Positions 46,858 through 56,532 of a stretch of DNA of 64,000 nt are shown in pieces. Both the position numbers and the translations under genes were made by a program. Source of the DNA: Thiohalocapsa sp. (GTDB taxonomy: Bacteria; Pseudomonadota; Gammaproteobacteria; Chromatiales; Chromatiaceae). Location: the NCBI GenBank assembly GCA_021736785.1, contig JAIPFF010000024.1, positions 1,507-65,506 of the forward strand. Direction: 5' to 3'. Each line of letters begins with the position of its first letter. Position 1 is the first letter of the stretch. The notes beneath the pieces were generated by a model. The model was not told where the DNA came from and ran no database searches. It saw only the letters and a list, made by a program, of their open reading frames with translations.

Positions 46858-47790
46858 ATGGCAGCGCAGCTCGAGAGATCGGCAGTCATCGTGCTCAACC
46901 GGCGCGCCGGTTCTGCCGGCGGCGGCGACGTGGATGCCCTCTCGCGGCGGCTTGCCGAGCGCCTGCGCAGCGGCGGTATTGCCGCCCGCTCCATCGCCTT
47001 CGACGGCACGGGCGCGACCGGCGGCCGTTGGCGGCAACGGCTCGACGACGCTCTGGGCGGCGCCGAGCGGGTCTATGTGCTCGGCGGCGACGGCACCGTG
47101 TTGGCCGTCGCGTCGGCGCTTCTGACTCACGCGATGCCGCTCGGCATCGTGCCGCTGGGTACCGCGAACCTGTTGGCGAGGGATCTCGACATACCGCTTG
47201 ATCCCGAGGCCGCCATCGACGTCCTGGCGGACGCGCCAGTGCGGCGGATCGACGTCGGGCGGGTCAACGGCGAGCCGTTTCTGTGCGCGTCGATGCTCGG
47301 TCTGACCACTGATCTGGCCCGCACGCGCGAGGCCGCGCGCGGGGTCGCAACCTGGCGGTTGCTGCCCAGAATGCTGACTAAGGCCTATTGGCTGCTGAAG
47401 CGCTACCCGATTCGGAAAGTGACGCTGCGCCTGGATAACGAGCAGCATTTGCTGCGGACGCGCGCCATCGTCATCACGAACAATCCCGTCATGCCCGAGG
47501 CGACCCTCTATCCGCGGCGCGAACGGCTCGACGCCGGAACGCTCGGCGTTTATTGCGTGCGTGAGGGTCCGCTGCACGAACTGCCCCGGCTCGCCATCGG
47601 CCTGCTCAACGGCACCTGGCCGTCGGACCCGCGCATCTTCCACGCCAGCGCCACGGCCGTGAGCATCAAGACCAACCGCCCCCATCGAATGACGGTGATG
47701 AACGACGGCGAGCGCGGGCGGCTGACGACACCGCTGCACTACGAGATCCTGCCGCGAGCCCTCTCGGTCTTGGCCCCGCGGCCCCAATGA
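46858..47790 (+). CDS. diacylglycerol kinase catalytic-domain lipid kinase (YegS/BmrU-like)
   Basis: 310 aa. 'VYVLGGDGTVLAVASAL' and 'LGIVPLGTANLLARDL'. Confidence 0.85.
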   Translation: MAAQLERSAVIVLNRRAGSAGGGDVDALSRRLAERLRSGGIAARSIAFDGTGATGGRWRQRLDDALGGAERVYVLGGDGTVLAVASALLTHAMPLGIVPLGTANLLARDLDIPLDPEAAIDVLADAPVRRIDVGRVNGEPFLCASMLGLTTDLARTREAARGVATWRLLPRMLTKAYWLLKRYPIRKVTLRLDNEQHLLRTRAIVITNNPVMPEATLYPRRERLDAGTLGVYCVREGPLHELPRLAIGLLNGTWPSDPRIFHASATAVSIKTNRPHRMTVMNDGERGRLTTPLHYEILPRALSVLAPRPQ

Positions 47791-47865
47791 TCCGTCTCGC
47801 TCACATTTTCGGCTTGGATGTCGGGCGCAACGTGACGCCGGCAACGTTTTAGCGCGAGGCGGCGC

Positions 47866-48981
47866 TCAAGCGGCGCACATAGGCACCACGATACGGACCT
47901 CTGCGCCGCCGCTCGGGCGGTTCGCGACGTCGAAGGTGCCGCCCAGCAGTTCGAGACGGGACTTCAGGCTGTACAGTCCATAGCCGCCCGATGTCGGCGC
48001 GATGCGGCTCGGCTGTTCGTCGCGGGTCGCCAGCAAGGCATCGACGTGCGCGAAGCCGCGGCCGTCATCGGCAACGACGATCTCTATGTTGTCCGCGTCG
48101 AAAAGCAGTGTGACCCATGCCCGACGCGCATCGGCGTGCTTGACGGTGTTGATCAATAGCTCTCGAATCCCTTGAAACAGGGTCAGCTCCAGCACCTGCG
48201 GCAGCTTGACCGGCTCACCGATCAACTCGTAGGCGACCGACAGGCCCCACTGCACGCCCAGGCGCTCTGCCAGCCACTCGACGGCGGGGGCCAGTCCCGA
48301 CTGACTCAGGACCGGCGGACTGAGCTCGAAGACCAAGGTGCGCAGCTGTTGCAGCGACTCGTCCAACAGTTGCACCACCTGGCCGCTGCGCTCGCCGACG
48401 GTCTCCTCCGATTCGATGATGATCCGCGAAAGCACCAGCTGCTGGATGGTCGTATCGTGCAGTTCCTGAGCCAGCTGCCGGCGCTGGCGCTCCTCGAGCG
48501 ACGCCATTTCGACGTTCAGCTCGCGCAGCCGGCGGTTGGCCTGCTCGAGCCGCACGGTCCGCTCGTCCAAGGCCTCTTGCAGGCCGCGCGACAAGCGCGC
48601 AAGCGTCGTATGCGTCGCCACGCGCGCGAGCAACACCGAGACGTCGAAGGGCTTGACGACATAGTCGACCCCGCCGGCCTCGAAGCCGTGCACGATCTCC
48701 TGACCATGGCCTTTCGCGGTGAGGAAGATCACCGGAATATCCTCGGTGACCTTGTCGCTCTTCAAACGAGCGCAGACGGAAAATCCGTCGGCGTCCGGCA
48801 ACATCACATCCAGCAATATCAGATCCGGACAACAGGAAGAGGCCGTCTTCACCGCATCGCCGGCGGTCGCCGCGGTGAGCGCCTCATAGCCCTTTTGCTC
48901 GAGTAGGCGGCTAACGAAAAGACGCTCGGTTTCGTCGTCATCGACGACGAGGATGCGGGCTTGGTGGGTAGATTCGCTCAA
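47866..48981 (-). CDS. cytoplasmic receiver-fused histidine kinase (REC + HisKA_3 + HATPase_c, NarX/DesK type)
   Basis: 371 aa. The only available start is TTG at 48981, because an in-frame TAG lies 2 codons upstream. REC 'ILVVDDD...LILLDVMLPDADG...VIFLTAKG...DYVVKPF'. H-box 'LAQELHDTTIQQL'. 'INTVKHA', 'DDGRGF' and 'GGYGLYSLKSR'. Confidence 0.85.
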   Translation of the reverse strand: MSESTHQARILVVDDDETERLFVSRLLEQKGYEALTAATAGDAVKTASSCCPDLILLDVMLPDADGFSVCARLKSDKVTEDIPVIFLTAKGHGQEIVHGFEAGGVDYVVKPFDVSVLLARVATHTTLARLSRGLQEALDERTVRLEQANRRLRELNVEMASLEERQRRQLAQELHDTTIQQLVLSRIIIESEETVGERSGQVVQLLDESLQQLRTLVFELSPPVLSQSGLAPAVEWLAERLGVQWGLSVAYELIGEPVKLPQVLELTLFQGIRELLINTVKHADARRAWVTLLFDADNIEIVVADDGRGFAHVDALLATRDEQPSRIAPTSGGYGLYSLKSRLELLGGTFDVANRPSGGAEVRIVVPMCAA

Positions 48982-49217
48982 AACGGTCTATTTTCGCTGA
49001 AGCCGTGGCGGCCGAAATGGTCGTGCTCGCGCCGCATGAAACGCCTCCACCTGGCCGCGCGGTCGTCGCACCTGCAGCACACTCGCCGGCGACGCCCTTG
49101 CTTCCGGTCTGCGGCTGCGCTCCCGTCAGGGTACGTCATACAACGCTGCCGCGCATAGAAGACAATGGAATACTTCGGCAACTGCTGCCGGGGAGCAGAA
49201 CACGAGCCGCGACAAAT

Positions 49218-49254
49218 GATAACGTCGAACACGTTAGGATAACGCTGAACACGT
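49218..49254. promoter_or_regulatory. 17-bp direct repeat (20-bp period) upstream of the REC-kinase gene; candidate response-regulator binding site
   Basis: GATAACGTCGAACACGT (49218..49234), tag, then GATAACGCTGAACACGT (49238..49254); 15/17 identical. Lies in the relatively AT-rich 408-bp spacer between the two kinase genes. Confidence 0.3.
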
Positions 49255-49389
49255 CGAGCATACCCCTGGCCTATCGATGCAACGGCCTTGATTGCCGGCC
49301 CCGAGGCCGAACGCCCCGCTTGGTCTCGTCCGGCGCACGGGCGGACACCGCGGAGTCGAGCGGGGCCGATCGTGACGTCGATCCGCCCG

Positions 49390-52300
49390 TCAGGCGCCGG
49401 CATGATCATCGCGGCGGGTCTCGTCCAGCGGCGGGGGGGTGGTTCCGAGTGCCTGCTCGAGTACGGCGAGCACTTCGCGCAAATGCTCGGTCATCTGCTC
49501 GATGGCGACTCGGCAGCGAACGTCGTCGCCGTCGCGGCAACAGTCCATCGCCAGCTCGGCGGATCTCTGCAGCGGGCCGGCCCCCAGCATGCCGGCGAGC
49601 CCCTTGAGCCCGTGTGCCACGCGGCGCGCTTGCTGCAGGTCGCCGCCCGCGAGGGAGAGCTCGATCAGTTCGGGGTCGTGCCGGTGCCCGTCGAAAAAAG
49701 TCCGCAATAGGCGTTGATAGAAGGCCGGGTCGTCACCTGCCACCGCAAGACCGGCCGCGAAATCGATCGCGCCCGTCAGCGAGGCATTCGTGTTGTCGAT
49801 CAGCGGCCCGCCCGGCGCCGGGACGGACCGGGGGGCGGCTTCGGTCGAATCGGCCGCCCGACCGCCCGGCGCCTGGCTTTCGACGCTGCACGCCGACGCT
49901 GACGGCCTCGCCCGGGGAGGGGACGCCGCTTTGCCGAGGCAGCGTTCGATGGCCTCGAAGAACAGATCGGGATCGATCGGTTTGGCGACATGGTCGTTCA
50001 TGCCGGCGTCGATACACATTTGTCGATCCTCGTCACGGGCATGTGCCGTCATTGCAATGATGGGCAGCGAGGCGTTGCCGCTTTGGTTGCGAATCGCCCG
50101 CGCGGCGTCGTAGCCATCCATCACGGGCATCTGCAGGTCCATCAGGATCAAATCGAAGCGCTCAGACGCGGCGCGCCGCACGGCTTGCTGCCCGTTAGCC
50201 GCGCAGACGACCTCCATGCCGGCCCGCACCAGCATCTCCTTGGCATAGACCTGGTTTGTCATATTGTCCTCGACCAACAGTACCCGGCGCCCGCCGAGCA
50301 AGTCGCCGAAGGCCGGCTCCGGGGGATAGACGGCCGGGGTCACGGCGGGCGGCCCGTGGGCGAGCACGGCGCACAGGGTGTCGAATAACCTAGCGCGGGA
50401 GACCGGCATCGGCAGCACCGCATCGGCAGCGACATCCTTCAAGTGCGCCGATGACTCGATCTCCCCGACCTTGCTCGCCAACAAGACAAGCCGCAGGCCA
50501 CCCTGCGGCCCTTCGGCCATGCGCCGGGCGCCGAGGAGCGTCTGCGCGATATCGGGGTCCAGCAGGTCCGCATTCGCGAGCAACAGCGGGAATCGGCGCC
50601 CGCCGCGGGAATCGCGCAGACCGAAAGCGAGCTCCGCGCCATCGCTGACTCGCAGCACGTCGAGTTGGAAGGCCCGCAGCATGCGCTCCAGCGCCGCGGC
50701 GTGCCACTCGCGCGCTTCCAGCAGCATCACCCGGCTGCCGCGCAAGTGCTCGGGTAAACGCCAGAGAGATACGGCGTCGCAGCAGGACTCGATCCCGAAG
50801 CGCGCCGTGAACGAAAAGGTGCTGCCTTTGCCGGGCACGCTGTCGACATCGATCTCTCCCTGCATCATCTGGATCAACTCCTTGGCGATCGCGAGACCCA
50901 GTCCGGAGCCCTCGTGGCGGTGAGCCAGGGATGCCTCGCCCTGTGCGAAAGGACGAAACAGCAACTCCTTCTGACTCGCGCCGATGCCGACACCGGTGTC
51001 GATGACGGAGAAGCGCATCACGACGGCCTCGGATTCTCTGCGCACCGTTTCGACGCGCACATCAATACTGCCTTTCTGAGTAAACTTGAGCGCGTTGCCG
51101 AGCAGGTTCATCAACGCTTGCTCCAGGCGCCGTGCATCGCCCAGCAATGCGCGCGGCGCCTGCGGATCGACGTCGAGTCCCAGGTCGAGCCCGCGCTCAC
51201 CGGCCTCTAGGCCGATAATGCCGTACAGGCGCTCCAGCACTTCGTCGAGATCGAAGGGCTGCTCGTGCAGCACCGCCTTGCCGGCTTCCATTCTCGACAG
51301 GTCCAGCAAGTCGTTGATCAAGCCCAGCATCGAGTGTCCCGCCTCGCCGATGCGCTCCAGGTAGTAGCGCTGGCGCGGCTGCAAGTCCGTATCCAGGCAC
51401 AGACGGGTCATGCCGACGATGGCATTCATCGGCGTTCGAATGTCGTGGCTCATGTTGGTCAGGAAGCGGCCCTTCTCGCGGCCGGCGGTCTCGGCCGCAT
51501 CGCGCGCGGCCACCAGTTGGCGGTTCAGGCGCGTCAGCTCGAGTTGCCGATAGCCGAAGAATCCGGCGAACAGCAAGACCGCTGCCAGCACTTGCCACAG
51601 GATCTTCGGATCCATGTAGCGCTCGATCGTGAAGCGCGTTTGACGCTTGGCGATGAGGTCCCGCTCCGCTTCGCTCAGGGAGGCGACCGCCTTGTCCATG
51701 ATGCCGAGGAGGACCGGCTGATCCTTGCGGACCGCCACCGAAATCGGGTAGCCGTCGTCGAGCTCGCCGATGATCCGCAGTCCGCCGAAAGAGGCGTCGA
51801 TCATCTCGGCGGCGTGCTCCAGCGTCGCAACCGCCGCGTAAACCTGCCCGTCCAAGACGGCGCGCGTTGCGTCCGACATCGTCGGCATGGCACGCAACTC
51901 GATGCCCGGGTAGCGCCGGCGCAGCGTCAGAGAAATGGCGGACGCCTCCGGCACGCCGATGACGCGATCGGACAAGGCGCCGATACCGCTGACAAAGGGC
52001 TCCGTGTCGCGCGCCACCAGCACGTTGGTCAGACGGACATAGGGTGCTGTGAAAGAGAAAACTCGCCTGCGCTCGGGGGTTGCCACCATACCCGATACCA
52101 GGTCGCAATCACCCGCCTCGGCAGCCTGAACTGCCGCCGCCCAAGACGAGCGCACCACCGGCTCCAGCGTGATCCCGAGCTTGCTGGCTAAGACATTCAA
52201 GTACTCTCGGAACAGTCCCCGATGCTCTCCCTCTTCCAGGTAGTCCAACGGCCGCCAAACCGGGCTGAAGCAGTAACGCAGCCGACTGCCCTTCGAATAG

Positions 52301-55300
52301 AGATAGTCGCGCTCGGCGGCGCTCAACGGCAGTTGCCAACTCGCCGTGGCCGAATTCTGCGTCGGTAGATAGCGGGCCTTGATGGCGGTGCGGTCGGCCT
52401 CCGGAAGTGCCGTCAGCACCTTGTCGATCGCACTGACCAGCAGCGGCCAATCGCTGCGTATGGCGAAAGTCAGCGGCAGCGTCTCCTCCAACATGAACGC
52501 GAGTTGGATCGCGGTCAGGTTTCGGTCCGCCAACAGATACTCGATGCTGTCGCCGGCGATGACGGCATCGAGCTTGCCCGAGAGCAGGCCATTGACCAAA
52601 TCCATGCGCCTGTCTAGCGGTATCGCGAAAACGCCGCCGGTCTGCGCCAGCTTCCGGGCGCCGGCCTCGACGTCAGGCAGATAACCGATGCGCTTGCCGG
52701 CCAGATCCGCGGGCGAACTGATCTGCAGCGGGTTGCCCGCCGCCACATAAACACCCACGCCGATGTCGCTATAAGGCTGCGTCGCGGTCAACCGCGCCGA
52801 CGCTTGCCGATCGGGCACGGATGCGGATAAGCCGTCGATCTCGCGCCGCTGCGCCCGTTCGAGCAGTGTCCCCGGGTCGCCGGTCTCGAGACGGATTGCG
52901 GTGCCCAGCACGGCGTTCAGGACCTCGACCGTATCCGCATCCACTCCGGACTGGCTGCCATCCGAATTCTCGATGACGAACGGCTTCGAATTTTGTTCGA
53001 CGCCCATGACGATATCCTTCCGCTCGCGCAGGAAGGCGAGCTCCTCCCCGGTCAGCCGGACCCGGCTTCGCAGCGTCGGCGCGAGGCGCATGGCGTTGCC
53101 GAACCAGCGCCGATGCAGGTCTTGCATCTCGCCCGGGGTGATCGAGTCGATACCGCGATCGAGCATGTCGGCAAGCAGGTCGTCGCGGGCGTTGACCGCG
53201 AAGTGACTGATCGTGCGGCGCACGCGCTCGGCGCTCGCCGTGATCGGCACTTCCCGAACGTGATGGATCAGTTGACGGGCCAACAAGTAGCGGGCAAGCC
53301 CGGGCTCCATCAGGGTTGCGTCAGCCTGACCGTCCGAGATCATCCGCAACGCCGCCACATCGCTGTCGACCGGCACCGGCTCAATGCCCTCGCACTCTGC
53401 GCAGATGGACCGAAGAATCCGATCGTCCCGGCGAACCGCCACGCGCTTGCCGCTCAGGTCTTCGAGGCGTTGGATCGCACGGTCCTGATCGCGCACGAAA
53501 AGCGCCACGGAAAGATCCACGGTCTTCGCGCCGTAACGCAGCCGCGGGGCGTCGCCGTCATTATGGGCCGCGTCGACGACCAGATCCGCCTTGCCTTCTC
53601 GGACCGCCGCCAGCGCTTCGGCACCCGAGAGCCGACGCGCCCGCACTTCGAAGCCCAACCGTTGGGCGGCGAGTGTCAGTAGATCGATGCTGTAACCGGC
53701 CGGCGCTCCGTCGTGCTCCATTGCATACGGCGGCGCATCGAAATAAACCATCTCCAGCAATGGCCGACGCAGCAGCAGCGAACGCTCCCGGGCATCGAGT
53801 GCGATCGGCGCATACCAGGACGCGGTCTCGCCGAATGCCGACTCGTAGATCTGCTGAATCTCGCCCGCGGGGATCGCGGCCAGGGCCTTGTTCAGGATGC
53901 CCGCCAACGGTGCATTGTGTTTGCCGGCGGCGAAAAAGCAGGCGCGTTGCACCGCCAGGCCGTCGCCGCGGCGGCGCGGCGATTCCACCAAACCGCTCAT
54001 GGCATGCTTGGCAATCAGGTAGCGCGCTTGGCGCCGCTCCATGACCACCGCGTCGGCTTGACCGTCGGCAACTGCGCGCAGCGCCTCCATGGCCGAGCCG
54101 ACCTGAACGTCGATGGGGGCGGGCTTCAAGTACGCGAATCCCTCCGGCATCGACGTACCGGCGGGTCTGGCCACACGGCGTCCGGCGAGATCCCCGACAG
54201 CGTCGATCCGCACGCCCGAGGCGCCACGAAAAATGCGCGGCTCGAAGAGGCCGTACAGATCGCTGTGGCGGAGTGCCTCGGCGTCGGCGCGCTCGTGCAC
54301 CAGATTAAGCAGCACGTCCGCATCGCCCGCCTCGATGCGCCGTATCGCTTCGGCTTGGGGCGCGCTTTCGAACCGCACATTCAAGCCGGCGTAGCGCGCG
54401 GCCAAGCGCATCAGTTCGATGGTGTAGCCGCGGGGCGTTCCGTTCTCGGTCATGCCGAACGGGGGTATCTCCGGGTAGAGGGCCAGAAACTCCCGGTTTC
54501 GGCGCAACCATTCCCGCTCGCTCGGCGTCAGTGCCAGGGCCGGCTCGGGCTTCAGGAACGAGACATCGTCCTGCTCGCTGAACCAGCGCGCCCAGAGTCG
54601 CTGCAGTTCGGTCGGATCAAGCGACCGGTAGGCCTTGTCGAGGACGGAGCGCAGAACCGCCAGATCCTTGCGAACGGCGAAATGGTGCGCCTTGACCGTT
54701 GCCCCGTCCGACAGGCGCGCTTCCCCGACGATTTGGACGTTATCGATCAGGTGCTTCGAAAGCAGATAGGCACCCGTATTCAGCGGCAGGATCGCCGCGT
54801 CCGCTCGCCCGTCGGAGACAGCCGCCAGCGAGGCGCGGAAGCTCGGTACGGACAGCCGATCAATATCGGGCCGACTCGCTCGCAGCATTTCGGAGACGGC
54901 ATAGCCCTCGCTGCCGGCGACGGTCTTCCCCGCAAGCGATGCGAGATCGCGCGGGGCACCCTCGCCGCGCCGTGCAAAGATCATCAGCCGGACCGCGTAG
55001 TCACGCTCGCTGAAGGAGAGAAACGCTTCGCGCTCGGGGCTGCGTATGAGATTGACCGTGAGATCCGCCCGCCCCGCTTCCAGATCCGCCAATGCCCGGT
55101 CGAGATCCACGGCTTTCCAGACCAGCCGCAGCCCGGCCCGCTGAGCCAAACGCTCCAGCAGTTCGACGGCGTATCCGGCAGGGCCATCGTCGCCGCTGAA
55201 CACGTAGGGCTCGAGCTCGGCAAAATGGACGCGCACGGTCCGGTGCTCGCGGACGAGTTCCGCTTCGCTGTCGGTCAGCGCAAGCTCGGCCTCGTCTTCG

Positions 55301-56304
55301 GAAAAGATGAAGCGATTCATGTCGACGGCATCGGTCATCGGCCCGAGGCCGATGATCAGATTCTGCAGGCGCTCGATCTGCGCCGCATCCACCAGGCCGA
55401 TGCCGTAGATCTCGGGCATCATCACCGAATGGGTCTGATGCGCCTCGAATCGCAGGTGCTCGACGGATTTGCGCTGCGAATTGTATTTCGCGTGGATCAG
55501 CGAGATCGTCTCCGCGGGATGCTCCAGCGCATAGGCCCAGCCACGGTTGGTCGCTTCGATCATGTCCGCGACCAGGCCCGGATGCTCGGCGACCAACGCC
55601 TCGGATGTAAACAGATTGACGTCGGGATGCGGAGGACCGTAATCGCCCGGATCGATTACGTTGAAGTCGATACCCTGCTTGTGCAGCAGGTAGATCTCGT
55701 TGGTGCCGTAGGCGGTGATCGCATCCACGTCGCCGTTTGCCAGCGCGTCGATACCGAAATCGTGCGGGACGATCTCCAGGTCGGAGATCGTCATCCCGAA
55801 GCGGCTGAACATATAGCGGAAATTTGTGCTTTCGATCTCGTGCCGGGCGGCCATGATGCGCTTGCCGCGCAGGTCGCTGGGCAGGAAAAGATCCCCGCGC
55901 GCCGCAAGCACCAGCGGAGAGCGGCGGAAATAGGTTGCCAGCAGCACGACCGGGAGGCCCTGCATCCGCGCGGTCAGCAAGTCGCTGGGGTGGGTTCCGA
56001 ACTGGACGCGCCCGGACAGGACTTCATCGATGATGTCGACGTCGCCCGTAAACTCATGCAGCGTCACATCCAGGCCGGCTTCACGATAGTAGCCCTGCTC
56101 CAAGGCCGTATAAAAGCCGGCGAATTGCCACTGGTGGCGCCACTGCAGCCGCACGTCCACGGGCGTCAGGCCCGCCGGGTTCTGCACCGGGCCCTGCGCC
56201 GGGCCTTGGCGCCGCGCTTCGACGCCGGGCGCCCAGACAGTGGCCGCGCAGAGAAACAACAACAGCACGAATGGCATTGAACGGGTCATTGTTTTTCCGG
56301 CCAT
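49390..56304 (-). CDS. giant hybrid sensor histidine kinase: signal peptide, NMT1-like plus five SBP_bac_3-like periplasmic modules, TM, HisKA, HATPase_c, degenerate REC, REC, Hpt
   Basis: 2304 aa. 'LQWRHQWQFAGFYTALEQGYY' (NMT1/SsuA-like). Five modules, each preceded by 'L(T)xxExxxL' linkers. TM 'ILWQVLAAVLLFAGFFGY' (~aa 1578). H-box 'FLTNMSHDIRTPMNAI' (His ~1620). 'GSGLGLAIAKE'. REC 'RVLLVEDNMTNQ...DLILMDLQMPVMDG' (Asp ~2056). Hpt 'HGLKGLAGMLGA' (His ~2231). Confidence 0.9.
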   Translation of the reverse strand: MAGKTMTRSMPFVLLLFLCAATVWAPGVEARRQGPAQGPVQNPAGLTPVDVRLQWRHQWQFAGFYTALEQGYYREAGLDVTLHEFTGDVDIIDEVLSGRVQFGTHPSDLLTARMQGLPVVLLATYFRRSPLVLAARGDLFLPSDLRGKRIMAARHEIESTNFRYMFSRFGMTISDLEIVPHDFGIDALANGDVDAITAYGTNEIYLLHKQGIDFNVIDPGDYGPPHPDVNLFTSEALVAEHPGLVADMIEATNRGWAYALEHPAETISLIHAKYNSQRKSVEHLRFEAHQTHSVMMPEIYGIGLVDAAQIERLQNLIIGLGPMTDAVDMNRFIFSEDEAELALTDSEAELVREHRTVRVHFAELEPYVFSGDDGPAGYAVELLERLAQRAGLRLVWKAVDLDRALADLEAGRADLTVNLIRSPEREAFLSFSERDYAVRLMIFARRGEGAPRDLASLAGKTVAGSEGYAVSEMLRASRPDIDRLSVPSFRASLAAVSDGRADAAILPLNTGAYLLSKHLIDNVQIVGEARLSDGATVKAHHFAVRKDLAVLRSVLDKAYRSLDPTELQRLWARWFSEQDDVSFLKPEPALALTPSEREWLRRNREFLALYPEIPPFGMTENGTPRGYTIELMRLAARYAGLNVRFESAPQAEAIRRIEAGDADVLLNLVHERADAEALRHSDLYGLFEPRIFRGASGVRIDAVGDLAGRRVARPAGTSMPEGFAYLKPAPIDVQVGSAMEALRAVADGQADAVVMERRQARYLIAKHAMSGLVESPRRRGDGLAVQRACFFAAGKHNAPLAGILNKALAAIPAGEIQQIYESAFGETASWYAPIALDARERSLLLRRPLLEMVYFDAPPYAMEHDGAPAGYSIDLLTLAAQRLGFEVRARRLSGAEALAAVREGKADLVVDAAHNDGDAPRLRYGAKTVDLSVALFVRDQDRAIQRLEDLSGKRVAVRRDDRILRSICAECEGIEPVPVDSDVAALRMISDGQADATLMEPGLARYLLARQLIHHVREVPITASAERVRRTISHFAVNARDDLLADMLDRGIDSITPGEMQDLHRRWFGNAMRLAPTLRSRVRLTGEELAFLRERKDIVMGVEQNSKPFVIENSDGSQSGVDADTVEVLNAVLGTAIRLETGDPGTLLERAQRREIDGLSASVPDRQASARLTATQPYSDIGVGVYVAAGNPLQISSPADLAGKRIGYLPDVEAGARKLAQTGGVFAIPLDRRMDLVNGLLSGKLDAVIAGDSIEYLLADRNLTAIQLAFMLEETLPLTFAIRSDWPLLVSAIDKVLTALPEADRTAIKARYLPTQNSATASWQLPLSAAERDYLYSKGSRLRYCFSPVWRPLDYLEEGEHRGLFREYLNVLASKLGITLEPVVRSSWAAAVQAAEAGDCDLVSGMVATPERRRVFSFTAPYVRLTNVLVARDTEPFVSGIGALSDRVIGVPEASAISLTLRRRYPGIELRAMPTMSDATRAVLDGQVYAAVATLEHAAEMIDASFGGLRIIGELDDGYPISVAVRKDQPVLLGIMDKAVASLSEAERDLIAKRQTRFTIERYMDPKILWQVLAAVLLFAGFFGYRQLELTRLNRQLVAARDAAETAGREKGRFLTNMSHDIRTPMNAIVGMTRLCLDTDLQPRQRYYLERIGEAGHSMLGLINDLLDLSRMEAGKAVLHEQPFDLDEVLERLYGIIGLEAGERGLDLGLDVDPQAPRALLGDARRLEQALMNLLGNALKFTQKGSIDVRVETVRRESEAVVMRFSVIDTGVGIGASQKELLFRPFAQGEASLAHRHEGSGLGLAIAKELIQMMQGEIDVDSVPGKGSTFSFTARFGIESCCDAVSLWRLPEHLRGSRVMLLEAREWHAAALERMLRAFQLDVLRVSDGAELAFGLRDSRGGRRFPLLLANADLLDPDIAQTLLGARRMAEGPQGGLRLVLLASKVGEIESSAHLKDVAADAVLPMPVSRARLFDTLCAVLAHGPPAVTPAVYPPEPAFGDLLGGRRVLLVEDNMTNQVYAKEMLVRAGMEVVCAANGQQAVRRAASERFDLILMDLQMPVMDGYDAARAIRNQSGNASLPIIAMTAHARDEDRQMCIDAGMNDHVAKPIDPDLFFEAIERCLGKAASPPRARPSASACSVESQAPGGRAADSTEAAPRSVPAPGGPLIDNTNASLTGAIDFAAGLAVAGDDPAFYQRLLRTFFDGHRHDPELIELSLAGGDLQQARRVAHGLKGLAGMLGAGPLQRSAELAMDCCRDGDDVRCRVAIEQMTEHLREVLAVLEQALGTTPPPLDETRRDDHAGA

Positions 56305-56349
56305 GGTGACCTCGTCCGTGGCTCAGCTGCAGTGCGAGGCGGGTCGCAG

Positions 56350-56375
56350 GATGCCGGAGCCGGTTGGCCGGCATC
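56350..56375. promoter_or_regulatory. inverted repeat in the divergent intergenic region (possible operator or hairpin)
   Basis: GATGCCGG-agccggttgg-CCGGCATC: 8-bp arms with a 10-bp spacer, between the giant kinase start (56304) and the spermidine-synthase-like start (56533). Confidence 0.2.
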
Positions 56376-56532
56376 GGCGCCTTCCTGCCGGGGCGCTCGG
56401 CGGGCCCGACGGCATTTCAACACGCGACGCCGGCCGCGCGAGAATTATCGGCGGCCGATCTCGACGCTATTTTGCCGGAAGCCGCCCGGGCTGGCAGACT
56501 GCCGCTTCCGTGCGCAGCAAGATTGTAGGACG

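Noticed and set aside
53713-56280. 855-aa plus-strand ORF, together with 52993..53682 and 51265..52191
   Set aside because: They are antisense to the 2304-aa kinase gene, whose solute-binding, HisKA, REC and Hpt motifs fix the coding strand.
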